Source of the DNA: a virus
Lineage: Duplodnaviria; Heunggongvirae; Uroviricota; Caudoviricetes
Virus record (IMG/VR): IMGVR_UViG_3300024333_000003
DNA length: 64,000 bases
Strand: one strand, 5' to 3'
The notes under the pieces are model-generated. The model made no database searches and was not told the origin of the DNA. It saw only the letters and a list, made by a program, of their open reading frames with translations. Made by a program: the position numbers and the translations under genes. Shown one piece after another: positions 32,602 to 43,449 of the stretch (position 1 is the first letter of the stretch; each line of letters begins with the position of its first letter).

Positions 32602-32675
32602 GCACTCGTAGCAAAACTGGATAATGCAGCGGACTTTTAATCCGTTAGGTGGAGGTTCGAGTCCTCTCGGGTGCA
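32602..32675 (+). tRNA. tRNA-Lys (UUU)
   Basis: Anticodon arm GCGGA-CUUUUAA-UCCGU, T-arm GGAGG-UUCGAGU-CCUCU. Confidence 0.7.
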
Positions 32676-32680
32676 CAAAT

Positions 32681-32815
32681 TATTACGGCGACAAAGGAGC
32701 GAGATAGAGTGCCGAAGGTCTGAAGTGGGTGAAAGGTAACGCAAGCAGACTGCTCAAAGCTCATAAGGGATAATGACTTTCACTACCCCCGATCCATATT
32801 TGAGCGCCGTAATAA
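32681..32815 (+). ncRNA. candidate structured small RNA closed by an 11-bp terminal inverted repeat
   Basis: AUUAUUACGGCG ... CGCCGUAAUAA flank a ~115-nt ORF-free segment between tRNA-Lys and the next ORF. Confidence 0.3.
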
Positions 32816-33055
32816 ATTATAAATTATGCTAGAACAATATAAACAAGAGGTGCGCAAGTATTTAACTTGGTGCTATAATTTAAAAGTTTCATATGGCTGG
32901 AATCCAGCATCAAAACTTGAATTCGATCAGTTCGAATTAAGTCCAAGAGATTATTTAATACTCCTTGAAAAAAATGCTTATCTAAAAGGTATGGAAGCAT
33001 TATTGAATCTTAATAACATAGATATTAAAAAAATATATGCAGAAGTAGAATTATC

Positions 33056-33136
33056 CGGGGGATGGTGAAATTGGCAGCCACATGGTCCTTAAAAGGCCAC
33101 GCGAACAGCATGAGGGTTCGAATCCCTCTCTCCCGA
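33056..33136 (+). tRNA. tRNA-Leu (UAA), class II
   Basis: Anticodon arm UGGUC-CUUAAAA-GGCCA with long variable arm. Confidence 0.75.
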
Positions 33137-33199
33137 CTATTAGGAGTTGCACAATAAGTGCACCTAATGCAACAAAACAACATAAAGGATCAAAGCAAC

Positions 33200-33406
33200 A
33201 TGGAACAAGGCACAGTCAAGTGGTTCAATAATGCCAAAGGTTATGGTTTCATAACCCGTGCCACCGGTGAAGATGTTTTTGTACATTACAAGGCAATCAC
33301 GGGTGATGGTTATAAATCACTAAAAGACGGCGAAGCGGTTAATTTCGACGTCGAGCAAGGAGAGAAAGGTCTCCAAGCGAAAAATGTTACAAAAGCAACT
33401 TCGTAA
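33200..33406 (+). CDS. cspA: cold-shock protein (CspA family)
   Basis: [15 protein letters not shown]...DVFVHY...KGLQAKNV. Confidence 0.85.
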   Translation: MEQGTVKWFNNAKGYGFITRATGEDVFVHYKAITGDGYKSLKDGEAVNFDVEQGEKGLQAKNVTKATS

Positions 33407-33430
33407 CGACTGGTGGGAGTAATCCCACCT

Positions 33431-33511
33431 CGTCTCTTGGTGGAATTGGTAGACACAACGCGTCCAGAACGCGTCGCGAATAGCATGAGAGTTCGAGTCT
33501 CTCAGAGACGA
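33431..33511 (+). tRNA. tRNA-Leu (CAG), class II (tentative anticodon)
   Basis: Anticodon arm ACGCG-UCCAGAA-CGCGU; long variable arm. Confidence 0.65.
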
Positions 33512-33513
33512 CT

Positions 33514-33957
33514 ATGGAATGGTCTAAATATTTTTTTGATTTAGTAACTGTTATTAAAACAAAGTCCAAGGATCCCTCTACAAAGGTTGGATGTGTTATA
33601 GTTGGGCCGTATAATGAAATTATATCTACGGGTTTTAATGGTATTCCTAGATTAGTAAATGAATCTCCAGAACGATTCGAACGCCCGGCTAAGTATATGT
33701 ACACAGAACACGCCGAAAGGAATGCAATTTACTTAGCAGCACGTCGTGGCGTATCTCTAGATGGTGCACGTATTTACTTAAGTTGGTATCCATGTGCAGA
33801 ATGTGCCAGAGCTATAATTCAATCAGGTATCTGTGAAGTTTATATCGATAATACACGATGTGAAGATAACCCCGAAGCTAACGAGCGTTGGGGCGAAAAT
33901 TTTAAAGCGGCGTTAATAATGTTGAATGAAGCAAAAATACCGATTTATGTTATATAG
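33514..33957 (+). CDS. dCMP/cytidine deaminase
   Basis: HAERNAI and PCAECA zinc-binding motifs. Confidence 0.8.
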   Translation: MEWSKYFFDLVTVIKTKSKDPSTKVGCVIVGPYNEIISTGFNGIPRLVNESPERFERPAKYMYTEHAERNAIYLAARRGVSLDGARIYLSWYPCAECARAIIQSGICEVYIDNTRCEDNPEANERWGENFKAALIMLNEAKIPIYVI

Positions 33958-33963
33958 TGTTAA

Positions 33964-34043
33964 GGCCTTGTGGTGAAACTGGCAGACACAACAGATTCAA
34001 GATCTGTCGCGAAAGCATAAGAGTTCGAGTCTCTTCAAGGTCA
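33964..34043 (+). tRNA. tRNA-Leu (CAA), class II
   Basis: Anticodon arm ACAGA-UUCAAGA-UCUGU. Confidence 0.75.
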
Positions 34044-34360
34044 CTATGAAACAAATAAATCTAAAACCAAAATGGTTAAATAAGTATTCGCAAACTCCTT
34101 TACATAAAAAACTCTATGGCGAAGAAAAACAATATGACCATATGATAATTTGTAGTGCAGACCGTCGAAAACCAATAGGGTGTGATCTCTGTATATGTCT
34201 AAAATTTTTAAGAAAGGATGTAAAATGTTAGAACTATTACAATTCATTATGTCAGATTTTTGGATATGGTTAGGTACTTGTTTATTAATATTAGCTATAG
34301 GTGTTGCTATAAATAATATAATTGTCGGTTTTAAAGGCAAATGTGTAAATTGGAATTTCT

Positions 34361-34440
34361 AGCCTCTTGGCGTAATTGGCAGCCGCGTACGGCTTAGGAC
34401 CGTATTCTTCGGAGTAAGGGTTCGAGTCCCTTAGAGGCTA
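34361..34440 (+). tRNA. tRNA-Leu (UAG), class II
   Basis: Anticodon arm UACGG-CUUAGGA-CCGUA. Confidence 0.75.
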
Positions 34441-35082
34441 CACTATGAAAAAAATAAAAAATATATGGCCAGAGACTAAAGGCATGTCCTGGCGAGGTAA
34501 ATTATATGAATGGTGGTACTGGTTTATTGCTTGGAGACACCCCCATAATATACTGATTTTAAATCGACCACCAACATGGTGCGATAAGGACGAACTTATT
34601 CGTTTAGCAGTATTTGAATATCTCGTACGTTTCATTGAGGATGAGTTTGCAATGAATCGTGTTGATTGGGACAGTGATCCAAAACATCAAGAAGCTGCAA
34701 AGGCTTTATTAAAAGCATATAAATGGATAAAAGAGGAACGTCCCAAAGCAGTAGAAAAATACGAGACATTACTACACAATGTTTTTGGCAGTATTTCGTG
34801 GGAGGAACTAGATAAAATAAGCAAAAAAGATGCAGAATCTGTGCATAAAGCAGAAAGATTTTATGAAGCTAAAGACCAAGAAATTTTACATTTAATAATT
34901 CAATATCGATCTTACATGTGGACATAATATGAACCAATCAATAGATACCTACGGATGTTTTGATATGGATTTTAATTCACTCGAAATATCTAATAAACAA
35001 ATTATAACCGGTGTGATAATCGGCGTGACACTTTTAGGGTTAGGTATATTCCTTTATTATAAGTCACACAAATGAATATATG

Positions 35083-35154
35083 GCCGGAGTAACTCAGCGG
35101 TAGAGTACCTGCATGGTAAGCAGGAGGTCATGGGTTCAAGTCCCATCTCTGGCT
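35083..35154 (+). tRNA. tRNA-Thr (GGU)
   Basis: Anticodon arm CCUGC-AUGGUAA-GCAGG. Confidence 0.8.
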
Positions 35155-35421
35155 CATGAAAAAAATAAGTTTCATATATACCAACTAATTCCAATCATAT
35201 AGTAATAAGGAAATCTAATGATACGTGTTGATTTACGTTTACCTGCTGGTAATGGCAGAGCTGTACTACATCAGTGTTTGCTTCCTGATACATGGGCGGT
35301 ATTAGGTAAATTTATTGATATAGAACTTGGTGGAGAAGTTAGGCATGTTGAAATATATAATATACATCAAGCCCTAGAAAAGTTTAAAGATAATAATGGA
35401 ATATTAATTCCAGATAATTAA

Positions 35422-35494
35422 GCATCCGTAACTTAATTGGTAGAGTGCCGGTCTCTTAAACCGGAAGTTACAGGTTCAAGTCCTGTCGGATGCA
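35422..35494 (+). tRNA. tRNA-Lys (CUU)
   Basis: Anticodon arm CCGGU-CUCUUAA-ACCGG. Confidence 0.85.
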
Positions 35495-35535
35495 CCTAAC
35501 TCACAATTTTCAAAAAATATAAAAGGAATAACTCA

Positions 35536-36411
35536 GTGGAAAATCAACAAGATGCGTTGTTAGATACTTCTAACACGTCATTGATTAACATGGCCGATAC
35601 CAGACCTATAGCTTTTTGGGCCGATAACAAAAAGAACGAATTCTTAAAAACGTTTAAAGAACGTGTTGAAGTGGCAGCGTGGTTATTGGAACATACAGCG
35701 CACGTAATTATAGATAAAGCGATTGATCGCAAATTTATAAGTAACAAACATACAAGAAATATACAATGTGTGAGTGCAGTTATTACTAATAGTAACTGCG
35801 GTTCTTTGCACGGTAGAAATTGGGATGAGTTACAAAAAATTGCCGAAGAACGTGCCAATACCGTGCTAAAAAAACTACCGATCTTAAAAAATGCCATTAA
35901 AGTAGTTGATGCAGAAACATTCAAACTATTGGAGCAATATGATAGAGATCAAAAATCCCTACAAGAAAAGAAAGATACGTTGGATGAATTGTCTGGTACA
36001 ATAGATATGAATGAGCTAGATCAAAACATGACAATCGGTGCTTTCAGAAAATATGTCAAAAAGATCGAAGCTGATCGTGCTTCATTATTGGCTCAGCTTT
36101 CACGGGAAGGACGTGCTTTGCAAGAATTAGATGTTACTATTTCTAAACGACTATATGCAGGTATTCCTGGAATATCGGAAGCTATCATTAAAGTTATAAA
36201 TCAACATTATGAACGTATCACTGCGTTGCAGGCTATGACACGGCGTGTGGAAGAGCAAGTGAAATTCGGTGACAGTGCACAAGCTCTAGAATTATTAAAG
36301 CATTTTGAAAAAGATGAGGCAATAGTTTCCGATACAGTACAGGCGGAGTTTGACGAGGCGTTGAAGAAATTAGCGTTGTATAAAAAACCTAAAACAAAAG
36401 GTAAAAAATGA
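35536..36411 (+). CDS. hypothetical protein (291 aa, coiled-coil rich)
   Basis: ORF flanked by tRNA-Lys and downstream ORFs; no motif recognised. Confidence 0.4.
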   Translation: MENQQDALLDTSNTSLINMADTRPIAFWADNKKNEFLKTFKERVEVAAWLLEHTAHVIIDKAIDRKFISNKHTRNIQCVSAVITNSNCGSLHGRNWDELQKIAEERANTVLKKLPILKNAIKVVDAETFKLLEQYDRDQKSLQEKKDTLDELSGTIDMNELDQNMTIGAFRKYVKKIEADRASLLAQLSREGRALQELDVTISKRLYAGIPGISEAIIKVINQHYERITALQAMTRRVEEQVKFGDSAQALELLKHFEKDEAIVSDTVQAEFDEALKKLALYKKPKTKGKK

Positions 36412-36637
36412 CTTATTGTTTGGATAATGATAAATTCACTGACTGCTATAAGTCCATGGTGCGCCCCACGGGATACGAACACCACAACTTCGACGCTCCT
36501 TTTCATATCACACACAAGGGTAATGTAAAAGCTTTCATACGTGGCACCACCGTAGACAGTGATGGTGAAGTGTGTAAGAGTAATGCCATTATTGAGCATA
36601 ATTGGTTATATAATACACAAATAATAAGGATAAAAAT

Positions 36638-38035
36638 ATGAACTACGGGTTATACACAGATATGTATCAACTTGTTATGGCACAAGGATATTTCCAGATG
36701 AGCCGCCATAATGACCGAGCCACGTATGATTATTTTTATCGACGTAACCCATACGGCGGCGGTTATGCATTATTTGCCGGATTAAGTGAGTTGTTAGATA
36801 TCTTAAAGAATTGGAAATTTACCGAAGAAGATACAACGTATTTATTTCATCAAGGAATTTTTCACGCAGGCTTTTTGAGTTATTTACGTGACTTTCAATT
36901 CAAAGGCGATATCTATTCTGTGCGTGAGGGCGAAGTTGTTTTTCCAAATGAACCTATACTGCGAATTGAAGGTGGTTGGCTAGAGTGTCAATTATTAGAA
37001 ACTCTGTTGCTCAACATTATCAACTTCAGTACATTGATCGCAACTAAAGCAGCACGTATAAAACAAGTTGTAAACGAACGACCTATAATTGATATGGGAT
37101 TACGACGTGCACAGGGGTTGGGAGGTATTTTGGCGAGTAAAGCCGCTATTATTGGTGGTGCAACTTCAACTTCTAATGTTTATGCCGCAAAGAAATACGA
37201 TCTCTTAGCGGTAGGTACAATGGCTCATGCCTGGATACTTGGTTTTGAAAACGAGTTAACTGCATTTCGTGCGTTTGCTAAAGAATATCCGCACAACACA
37301 GTGTTGCTAGTTGATACTTATGATACATTAAAAAGTGGTGTGCCGAATGCAATAATCGTAGCTAAAGAACTTGAAGCCAACGGATGTAAATTACATGGTA
37401 TCCGATTAGATAGCGGCGACTTTGCGTACCTAAGCAAAAAAGCAAGAAATCTTCTTGATGAGGCCAATTTGTCTTATGTAAAAATAGTTGCATCTAATCA
37501 ATTAGATGAATATGTAATTCGTAGTCTAGAAGAACAGGACGCTCCTATTGATATTTATGGTGTAGGCACAAATTTAATTATCGGTGCTGGCGCTGGAGCT
37601 CATGATGGTGTATATAAACTATCATCGATTCAAGGACAGCCGAAAATGAAATTTTCAGATAATCCTGAAAAAGCTACATTACCCGGACCAAAAGATCTGT
37701 ATCGTTATTATAATAACGACGGCACTTTTTATGGCGACGGTATTACTTGCGCAGGAATGCCTCCACCGAAGAAGTTGTATGATCCTGTTTATCCAGATAG
37801 ATTATCAGATGTTGGAGATCTAAAAAACGAAGCGCTTTTAATAAAGTGCGTGGAAAATGGAAAGGTTGTAATAACTAATCCTATCGTACGTACATCAAGA
37901 CTTTATGCGGAAAGTCGTCTGCAGAGCTTAGGAAAAGAATTCACTAGATTTGAAAACCCACATATCTATAAAGTAGGTGTAAGTGATATATTACTTAAGC
38001 ATAAAACAGATATGATTGCCGCACTTAGAAAATAA
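36638..38035 (+). CDS. nicotinate/nicotinamide phosphoribosyltransferase (PncB/NadV family)
   Basis: 465 aa; N-terminus TDMYQLVMAQGYF and overall length match the NAPRTase/NAMPT family. Confidence 0.6.
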   Translation: MNYGLYTDMYQLVMAQGYFQMSRHNDRATYDYFYRRNPYGGGYALFAGLSELLDILKNWKFTEEDTTYLFHQGIFHAGFLSYLRDFQFKGDIYSVREGEVVFPNEPILRIEGGWLECQLLETLLLNIINFSTLIATKAARIKQVVNERPIIDMGLRRAQGLGGILASKAAIIGGATSTSNVYAAKKYDLLAVGTMAHAWILGFENELTAFRAFAKEYPHNTVLLVDTYDTLKSGVPNAIIVAKELEANGCKLHGIRLDSGDFAYLSKKARNLLDEANLSYVKIVASNQLDEYVIRSLEEQDAPIDIYGVGTNLIIGAGAGAHDGVYKLSSIQGQPKMKFSDNPEKATLPGPKDLYRYYNNDGTFYGDGITCAGMPPPKKLYDPVYPDRLSDVGDLKNEALLIKCVENGKVVITNPIVRTSRLYAESRLQSLGKEFTRFENPHIYKVGVSDILLKHKTDMIAALRK

Positions 38036-38062
38036 ATTTTACGAGCCGAAGTATATCGTTAT

Positions 38063-38105
38063 CAAAGAACTGTGTGTCGTAGGTCCGAATCCTACTCTCT
38101 CCACC
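38063..38105 (+). pseudogene. tRNA 3' half (anticodon-stem 3' strand, T-arm, acceptor 3' strand and discriminator)
   Basis: ACUGU-GUGUC-GUAGG-UCCGAAU-CCUAC-UCUCUCC-A-CC. Acceptor and anticodon-stem strands are complementary to the 5' half at 38206-38237. Confidence 0.5.
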
Positions 38106-38205
38106 CTGAAAGATAGTTGGTCCCTTTTGTTGAATGATTAAATTCATTTTATGGTATAGGACATGACAATATAAAAGAAGCCTCCTATAACTATCTTTCT
38201 GGTTG

Positions 38206-38237
38206 GGAGAGATAGCTCAGTCGGTAGAGCAACAGTA
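38206..38237 (+). pseudogene. tRNA 5' half (acceptor 5' strand, D-arm, anticodon-stem 5' strand) located downstream of its cognate 3' half
   Basis: GGAGAGA-UA-GCUC-AGUCGGUA-GAGC-A-ACAGU, then no T-arm follows. Pairs with 38063-38105. Confidence 0.5.
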
Positions 38238-38375
38238 TAAAGATGGTATATGACCATTTGCTCGTAATTTAATTTTATTATGGCTCATTCTCTAAGGTAA
38301 GCTGTAACGAGCACGCTTCAGCCATAGATAGCTATCTATGTTAAATCAAAGCACGCATATGGAATGAGTTATTTC

Positions 38376-38447
38376 AGGGCGTTCGGTTAATTGGTAAACC
38401 AACGGTCTCCAAAACCGTGACTACGGGTTCAAGTCCTGTACGCCCTG
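38376..38447 (+). tRNA. tRNA-Trp (CCA)
   Basis: Anticodon arm ACGGU-CUCCAAA-ACCGU; acceptor AGGGCGU/ACGCCCU. Confidence 0.75.
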
Positions 38448-38611
38448 CTATGAAATATCACTTATATGAAGAAAAAACTGTGTGTTGTGGAACAACAGTC
38501 ATACGGAAATTAAGTGCCAACATTTGTTGTAATTGTCGTAAAATTTTAACTCTTTCAGATACTTATATTACTTTAGCAGTACGTAAATTCACATTAACAA
38601 AAAGAAAAGAT

Positions 38612-38684
38612 GTCAAGTTGGCCGAGTGGTTAAGGCATAGGTCTGCAAAACCTATATGCGTCGGTTCGAATCCGACACTTGACT
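38612..38684 (+). tRNA. tRNA-Cys (GCA)
   Basis: Anticodon loop CUGCAAA; T-arm GUCGG-UUCGAAU-CCGAC. Confidence 0.75.
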
Positions 38685-38712
38685 CATGTAAAACTAATTA
38701 GGACATGATTTT

Positions 38713-39813
38713 ATGGGACGAAAAACTATTAGCCGACTGCAAGAAAAAATGCGTAGGCTAGCTTCATTCGATAACACGCTAAAAACATATAAATCGGTCA
38801 AACCAGCAAAAAGTAAAAAACTCACTGGTGAAGAAGTATATAAATTGATGCCAGCTTTGACAAATTATTCGAAATTTTTCATAAATAATCTTTCTTTATG
38901 GAAATGTCCATCATATAATACAGATCGGCAGAAAACCAGTCTCATACGATTTTTGCTTTTTAAATATCCGGTACATGATATGTTTATCAATGCTTTCTTA
39001 ACTACCCCAAAAGAAATAAATACGTTCGTTCAAGAACTATTCTATTGGGCGATAGATCTCGGCCAAGGGCGCTCTATAAAAGATCGAGTGAAGGGAATAT
39101 TTACGGCAAAAGAGCTGCATTGGTTTTTAAACGGGCCTAAAAATAACGTGTTCTACAACAGTTGGTATGCAAAATGTAGGGCGCGTCATTGGCCTACTAA
39201 TCTAATTAATTCGTTTGCCAACCGGTTAGGTCCATTTCCTATACATGATTGGAAAGAAGTTGCTTATTGGGACAAAATAATACAATTCTTTACAAACTAT
39301 TTGGAAGAGTTGGACTCGGATATGTTATCTGAACTGTTGGATTTTATAAAATATGCCCATGACTACGAAAATTTTCAAATTGAGGGACGTACATTATCGT
39401 CCCTTATACGATTTTCTAATCGTTGGCATATGGGTCGTAGATTAACCGGCAAGTCAATTATTGAAGGCACATGGATGCCAATGAATATCCCGACATGGGA
39501 ATATTATGATAAGGTCACGAAGATACATTGGAAGATTCATCAGTTATTGACCGGAAAAGATCTTGCATATGAAAGTAAGATACAACACCATTGTGTATGG
39601 TCGTATTCTCAGGCATGCGTGCGTGGACAAAGCAGAATATTCACTTTGCATAGTATCGATGGGATAGGCGACGAACGAAAGCATCTTACCATAGAAGTGT
39701 CTCCACAAGATAAAATGGTCAGACAGGTCCGTGGAAAATTAAACCGTAGGGCGACCAACGGAGAAAGAAATATTTTGTACAAATGGATTGATCAGTATAA
39801 ACTAATTTATTAA
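38713..39813 (+). CDS. hypothetical protein (366 aa)
   Basis: ORF with RBS-like GGA upstream; no motif recognised. Confidence 0.4.
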   Translation: MGRKTISRLQEKMRRLASFDNTLKTYKSVKPAKSKKLTGEEVYKLMPALTNYSKFFINNLSLWKCPSYNTDRQKTSLIRFLLFKYPVHDMFINAFLTTPKEINTFVQELFYWAIDLGQGRSIKDRVKGIFTAKELHWFLNGPKNNVFYNSWYAKCRARHWPTNLINSFANRLGPFPIHDWKEVAYWDKIIQFFTNYLEELDSDMLSELLDFIKYAHDYENFQIEGRTLSSLIRFSNRWHMGRRLTGKSIIEGTWMPMNIPTWEYYDKVTKIHWKIHQLLTGKDLAYESKIQHHCVWSYSQACVRGQSRIFTLHSIDGIGDERKHLTIEVSPQDKMVRQVRGKLNRRATNGERNILYKWIDQYKLIY

Positions 39814-39820
39814 GGATAAA

Positions 39821-40411
39821 ATGAAACCTACTGAAATAATTGTTGTAATCGATCGCTCGGGATCGATGTCTGGATTTGTGGCTGACACAATAGGTGGTTA
39901 TAACACATTTATTGATGAGCAGAAAAAACTCCCTGGCGATGCAAAAATAACTACTGTTTTATTTGACACTGAATATGATGTATTTGAAGATGGTGTAGAA
40001 TTGCAAAAAGCTGTACCACTTTCACGTATATCTTATGTGCCAAGAGGCAATACTGCATTGTTAGATGCCATTGGTGATGCCGTGAAACGCGTTGAGGATC
40101 GTCAAGCAAAACTTCCGGACGATCAAAAAACTGATCACGTGATTATGGTAATCATAACCGATGGGCAAGAAAACTCAAGCGTGAGGTTTTCGAAAGATCA
40201 AATTAAAGATATCATTACGGCAAAAACAGCGCTTGGATGGAAATTCGATTTCTTCTCAGCAAATATGGATGCTATAAATGATGCTACACGTTCATATGGA
40301 TTTGATAGCAAAAACGTATTGTGTTTTGCAGCAAACACAGATGGTTTTCAGAAGAGTTATAAGTCAATGAATATCTCTACAAGTAATTATCGTTTGGACA
40401 AAGATTCATAA
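39821..40411 (+). CDS. von Willebrand factor type A domain protein
   Basis: MIDAS motif IVVIDRSGSMSG and ...ITDGQENSS. Confidence 0.65.
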   Translation: MKPTEIIVVIDRSGSMSGFVADTIGGYNTFIDEQKKLPGDAKITTVLFDTEYDVFEDGVELQKAVPLSRISYVPRGNTALLDAIGDAVKRVEDRQAKLPDDQKTDHVIMVIITDGQENSSVRFSKDQIKDIITAKTALGWKFDFFSANMDAINDATRSYGFDSKNVLCFAANTDGFQKSYKSMNISTSNYRLDKDS

Positions 40412-40420
40412 TGTCCAAAT

Positions 40421-40494
40421 GCGGGTATCGCCTAGTCGGTATGGCACCACGCTTCCAACGTGGAATAAGGCCGGTTCGAGACCGGTTACCCGCT
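40421..40494 (+). tRNA. tRNA-Gly (UCC)
   Basis: Anticodon arm CCACG-CUUCCAA-CGUGG. Confidence 0.8.
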
Positions 40495-42110
40495 CTATGG
40501 AAACAATAAAAAAAGCATTGCAGCAGCCATGCAAACGATGTAATGAGGTTAAACTTGCATATATTTCGGCAAGATGTAAAGACATGTGTTTCTTTATTAC
40601 GTATCAAGACTCTTACGAAACTGTAAACGAGTTTAGTAGTTTTGAAAGTTACCCACCAAGGGATGTAGGTTTAATGGGGGATGGTGATAACGTAACATTT
40701 ATTTATTGTCTAAATTGTGGACAAATACAAGGACAATTTCCAGTATGACCTACACAATATATTTAAATTGGTGGTATGGTTCCCAGGAAGAGGAATCAGT
40801 GTTAAATCGCAGCGGTTATCCCGTACGCACAGAATTCCAGACTGACGAAGATCCATTCGAGATTGCGAGAAAATTATATGCAAACAATGTGACTGTTGTT
40901 ATACATAAAGTACAAGAATTATATCATGGGTCGAAATATGTAATTTCGGTATGTGATGATTCTAGACCAGGACAAAGATGAGATCCATCGTTTTTCATTT
41001 TCCAACTGAATTACCATATAATGCAATCAGATATGAATTAAAATGTGATTGGGGTTTGTATTACAAATGTCGCACACAACAAGAATTTGAACAATTAGAT
41101 CCGCACCTGATAATACAAGAAGGTTGTTTGATTCAGGCAATAGGTATTGATGATAATGTTATTGCAAACTGGCACTATGAGAAGAACAAATGGATAAAAA
41201 ATTAGAATTTGTTTGTTATTTTCGGTATACAAAATGGTATTTTATCAGTTTAGGACTTCATTTGAGTTTAAAACCATTTAATATTGAAATACATTTACCT
41301 GCAGGATTTATACGTATAGGAGTGGAAGAACGATATCCAACAGCACCGATAAATTGGCAAGAATGTGATAAAAAGTGTTTTGGAAAAAGAATAACATATT
41401 CTCTAAACGAAAAAGAACTAGTTACTAAACTACACGCGTTTATTCTTGTGCAAGATTCTCTGTCTTCAATAAAGGACGCGCGAAAACGTCATAGCGATGC
41501 TATGGAACTATTGCATAGATATAAAATGCTAGAACGGGAATATTTACAAAATAAATATTCTGTGCCCAATGAGTTAATAACTGCAAAGAACTTTTTACTT
41601 AGAGACGAACTAGGAGTACAAATTTGTCAAACTTAAAAGACGATATCGATTTACCATTGGTAAAAACCATTGCTTATTTAAACTTATTAGGTATCAAAAC
41701 ACTTTGGTCGTGTTGCGGATATAATTATCCTGAACAACCTGCGCATAAGGCGCACCAAATCGGTCAAATAAATATTTCAATGGAATTTTCTGATAAGGCG
41801 GCCTCAGTCGGTATTTATATTTTACAACTTAATTATGAATGGGCTTTAAAATGTCAATTAGTGAATCCTGCTCCATTACGAGCATATATTATATATAGTG
41901 ACATTAAAAGATTTCATCCTAATTGGGATGAAAACTCCGTACATTATCATGAGCATCCTTCACAGATGATTAATGGGTTGGAAAAGCGTTTGTATAAACT
42001 AAAGGATCAATTTATGGATGAAGTAGTATTAACTGATACAAACCACGCATCAAAACAAGCAAATCCCTATTGGGCTTATCCAGGGAGTGATCCATGGGTT
42101 ATACGAAAAA

Positions 42111-42458
42111 ATGATTTTATTTGTTGATGATGAAAAACAACCGGAGTGGTTTGATTTAAACCGCACCAATATTCATGTAGCCACAACATTTGAAGATGCG
42201 TTGAAATTAATTCAGAAAAATGTATATGACATTATTTACATGGATCATGATCTTGGAGATAGTTGTCATGATGGTTCTCATTTAATAACCGAATATGGCA
42301 AAGCAGGTAAGTCAATACAAAAAGTTTGTTGTATTTCGTGGAATCCACTTGGAGTAGAACGAATACGACTTGCTTGTAAAGATTTTAATATACCTTTCGA
42401 ATCACATGGTATGCGTATATTTGATTTGTTTCCAGTTATAGATGGACAATCTCACTAA
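42111..42458 (+). CDS. stand-alone CheY-like receiver domain protein
   Basis: MILFVDDEKQ...DIIYMDHDLGD acidic pocket pattern. Confidence 0.45.
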   Translation: MILFVDDEKQPEWFDLNRTNIHVATTFEDALKLIQKNVYDIIYMDHDLGDSCHDGSHLITEYGKAGKSIQKVCCISWNPLGVERIRLACKDFNIPFESHGMRIFDLFPVIDGQSH

Positions 42459-42851
42459 ATTTTCAACTTTTATAAAGGATCACATATATGAAAACATATT
42501 TTAATAAGATCAAATTATTTAAAAGTAATTCTGACAGCCCGGAAAAAATATTAAAAGAAGTAACTGAATTTGCAGCTACTCAAAATATTTCGGCACATAG
42601 CTTAGGTGTGGAATATGTAGAACCCCTTGATCAACTAATTATCAGTTTGGGATACAGAGAAGAAGACGATCCCACATCGATAGAAATAATTCAACATACT
42701 ATCGGAAATATATCAACCAACAGTTTGGCTGAGCTGGAGAGTAACTTTAAAAAGATACTTGATACTTTTGAAAAACCTATCTGTCATGAATTTTTCGTAA
42801 ATAACGCTTTCGATCTTATCGGAATCTTTATGATAGAAAAGTAATAATTAG

Positions 42852-42925
42852 GCGGTTGTCGCATAGAGGCCTAGTGCGTCTGCTTGCCATGCAGAATCTC
42901 GTGGGTTCGAATCCCATCAACCGCT
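42852..42925 (+). tRNA. tRNA-Gly (GCC)
   Basis: Anticodon arm UCUGC-UUGCCAU-GCAGA. Confidence 0.8.
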
Positions 42926-43371
42926 CTATGGTTCAAATAATATATGTATTTCTCGCAGCATTTGTGCTCGGCTTTTTATATTCATATTATATACGACGCA
43001 CAGCACATGCGCAAACTTTAAAAAAACAACTACAAGCGGCAAGCTCCGGTTCAGTATTATATTTGCTTGGCGCGGTAATTGTTATATCATATGTAAGTGA
43101 CCCTTGGCTATTAATTCCCGCCTGTGTGGGGGATTGGCTAGGATCCCTACTACAACTAAGGATCGATATGAATAAAGAACAATACGAAGAAAACTTAAGA
43201 CGAATCCAAAAACAACATTTGGAAAATATTCAAAAACATACACATTGGCAGCCATGCATGCACGACCAATGTACAGAATGTCATGGTACTGGTATGAAAC
43301 TAGATGGGACTCCCTGTGTACACGGTATAAGTTGCCCATGCCCAAAATGTAGTCCACGATGTAACACCTCC

Positions 43372-43446
43372 ACCCTCGTAACTTAAATGGAATAGAGTCA
43401 GTCCCTCCTAAGGACTTGTGTGTGGGTTCGACTCCCATCGAGGGTA
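43372..43446 (+). tRNA. tRNA-Arg (CCU)
   Basis: Anticodon arm AGUCC-CUCCUAA-GGACU. Confidence 0.7.
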
Positions 43447-43449
43447 CAT

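Noticed and set aside
38417-38701. 94-aa ORF from the track
   Set aside because: It runs through tRNA-Trp and tRNA-Cys, so it is almost certainly spurious. The same applies to track ORFs 46138-46428 (over two tRNA-Ser), 51832-52038 (over tRNA-Met), 23836-24129 (5' part over tRNA-Glu) and 8973-9305 (antisense across the intron/exon junction).
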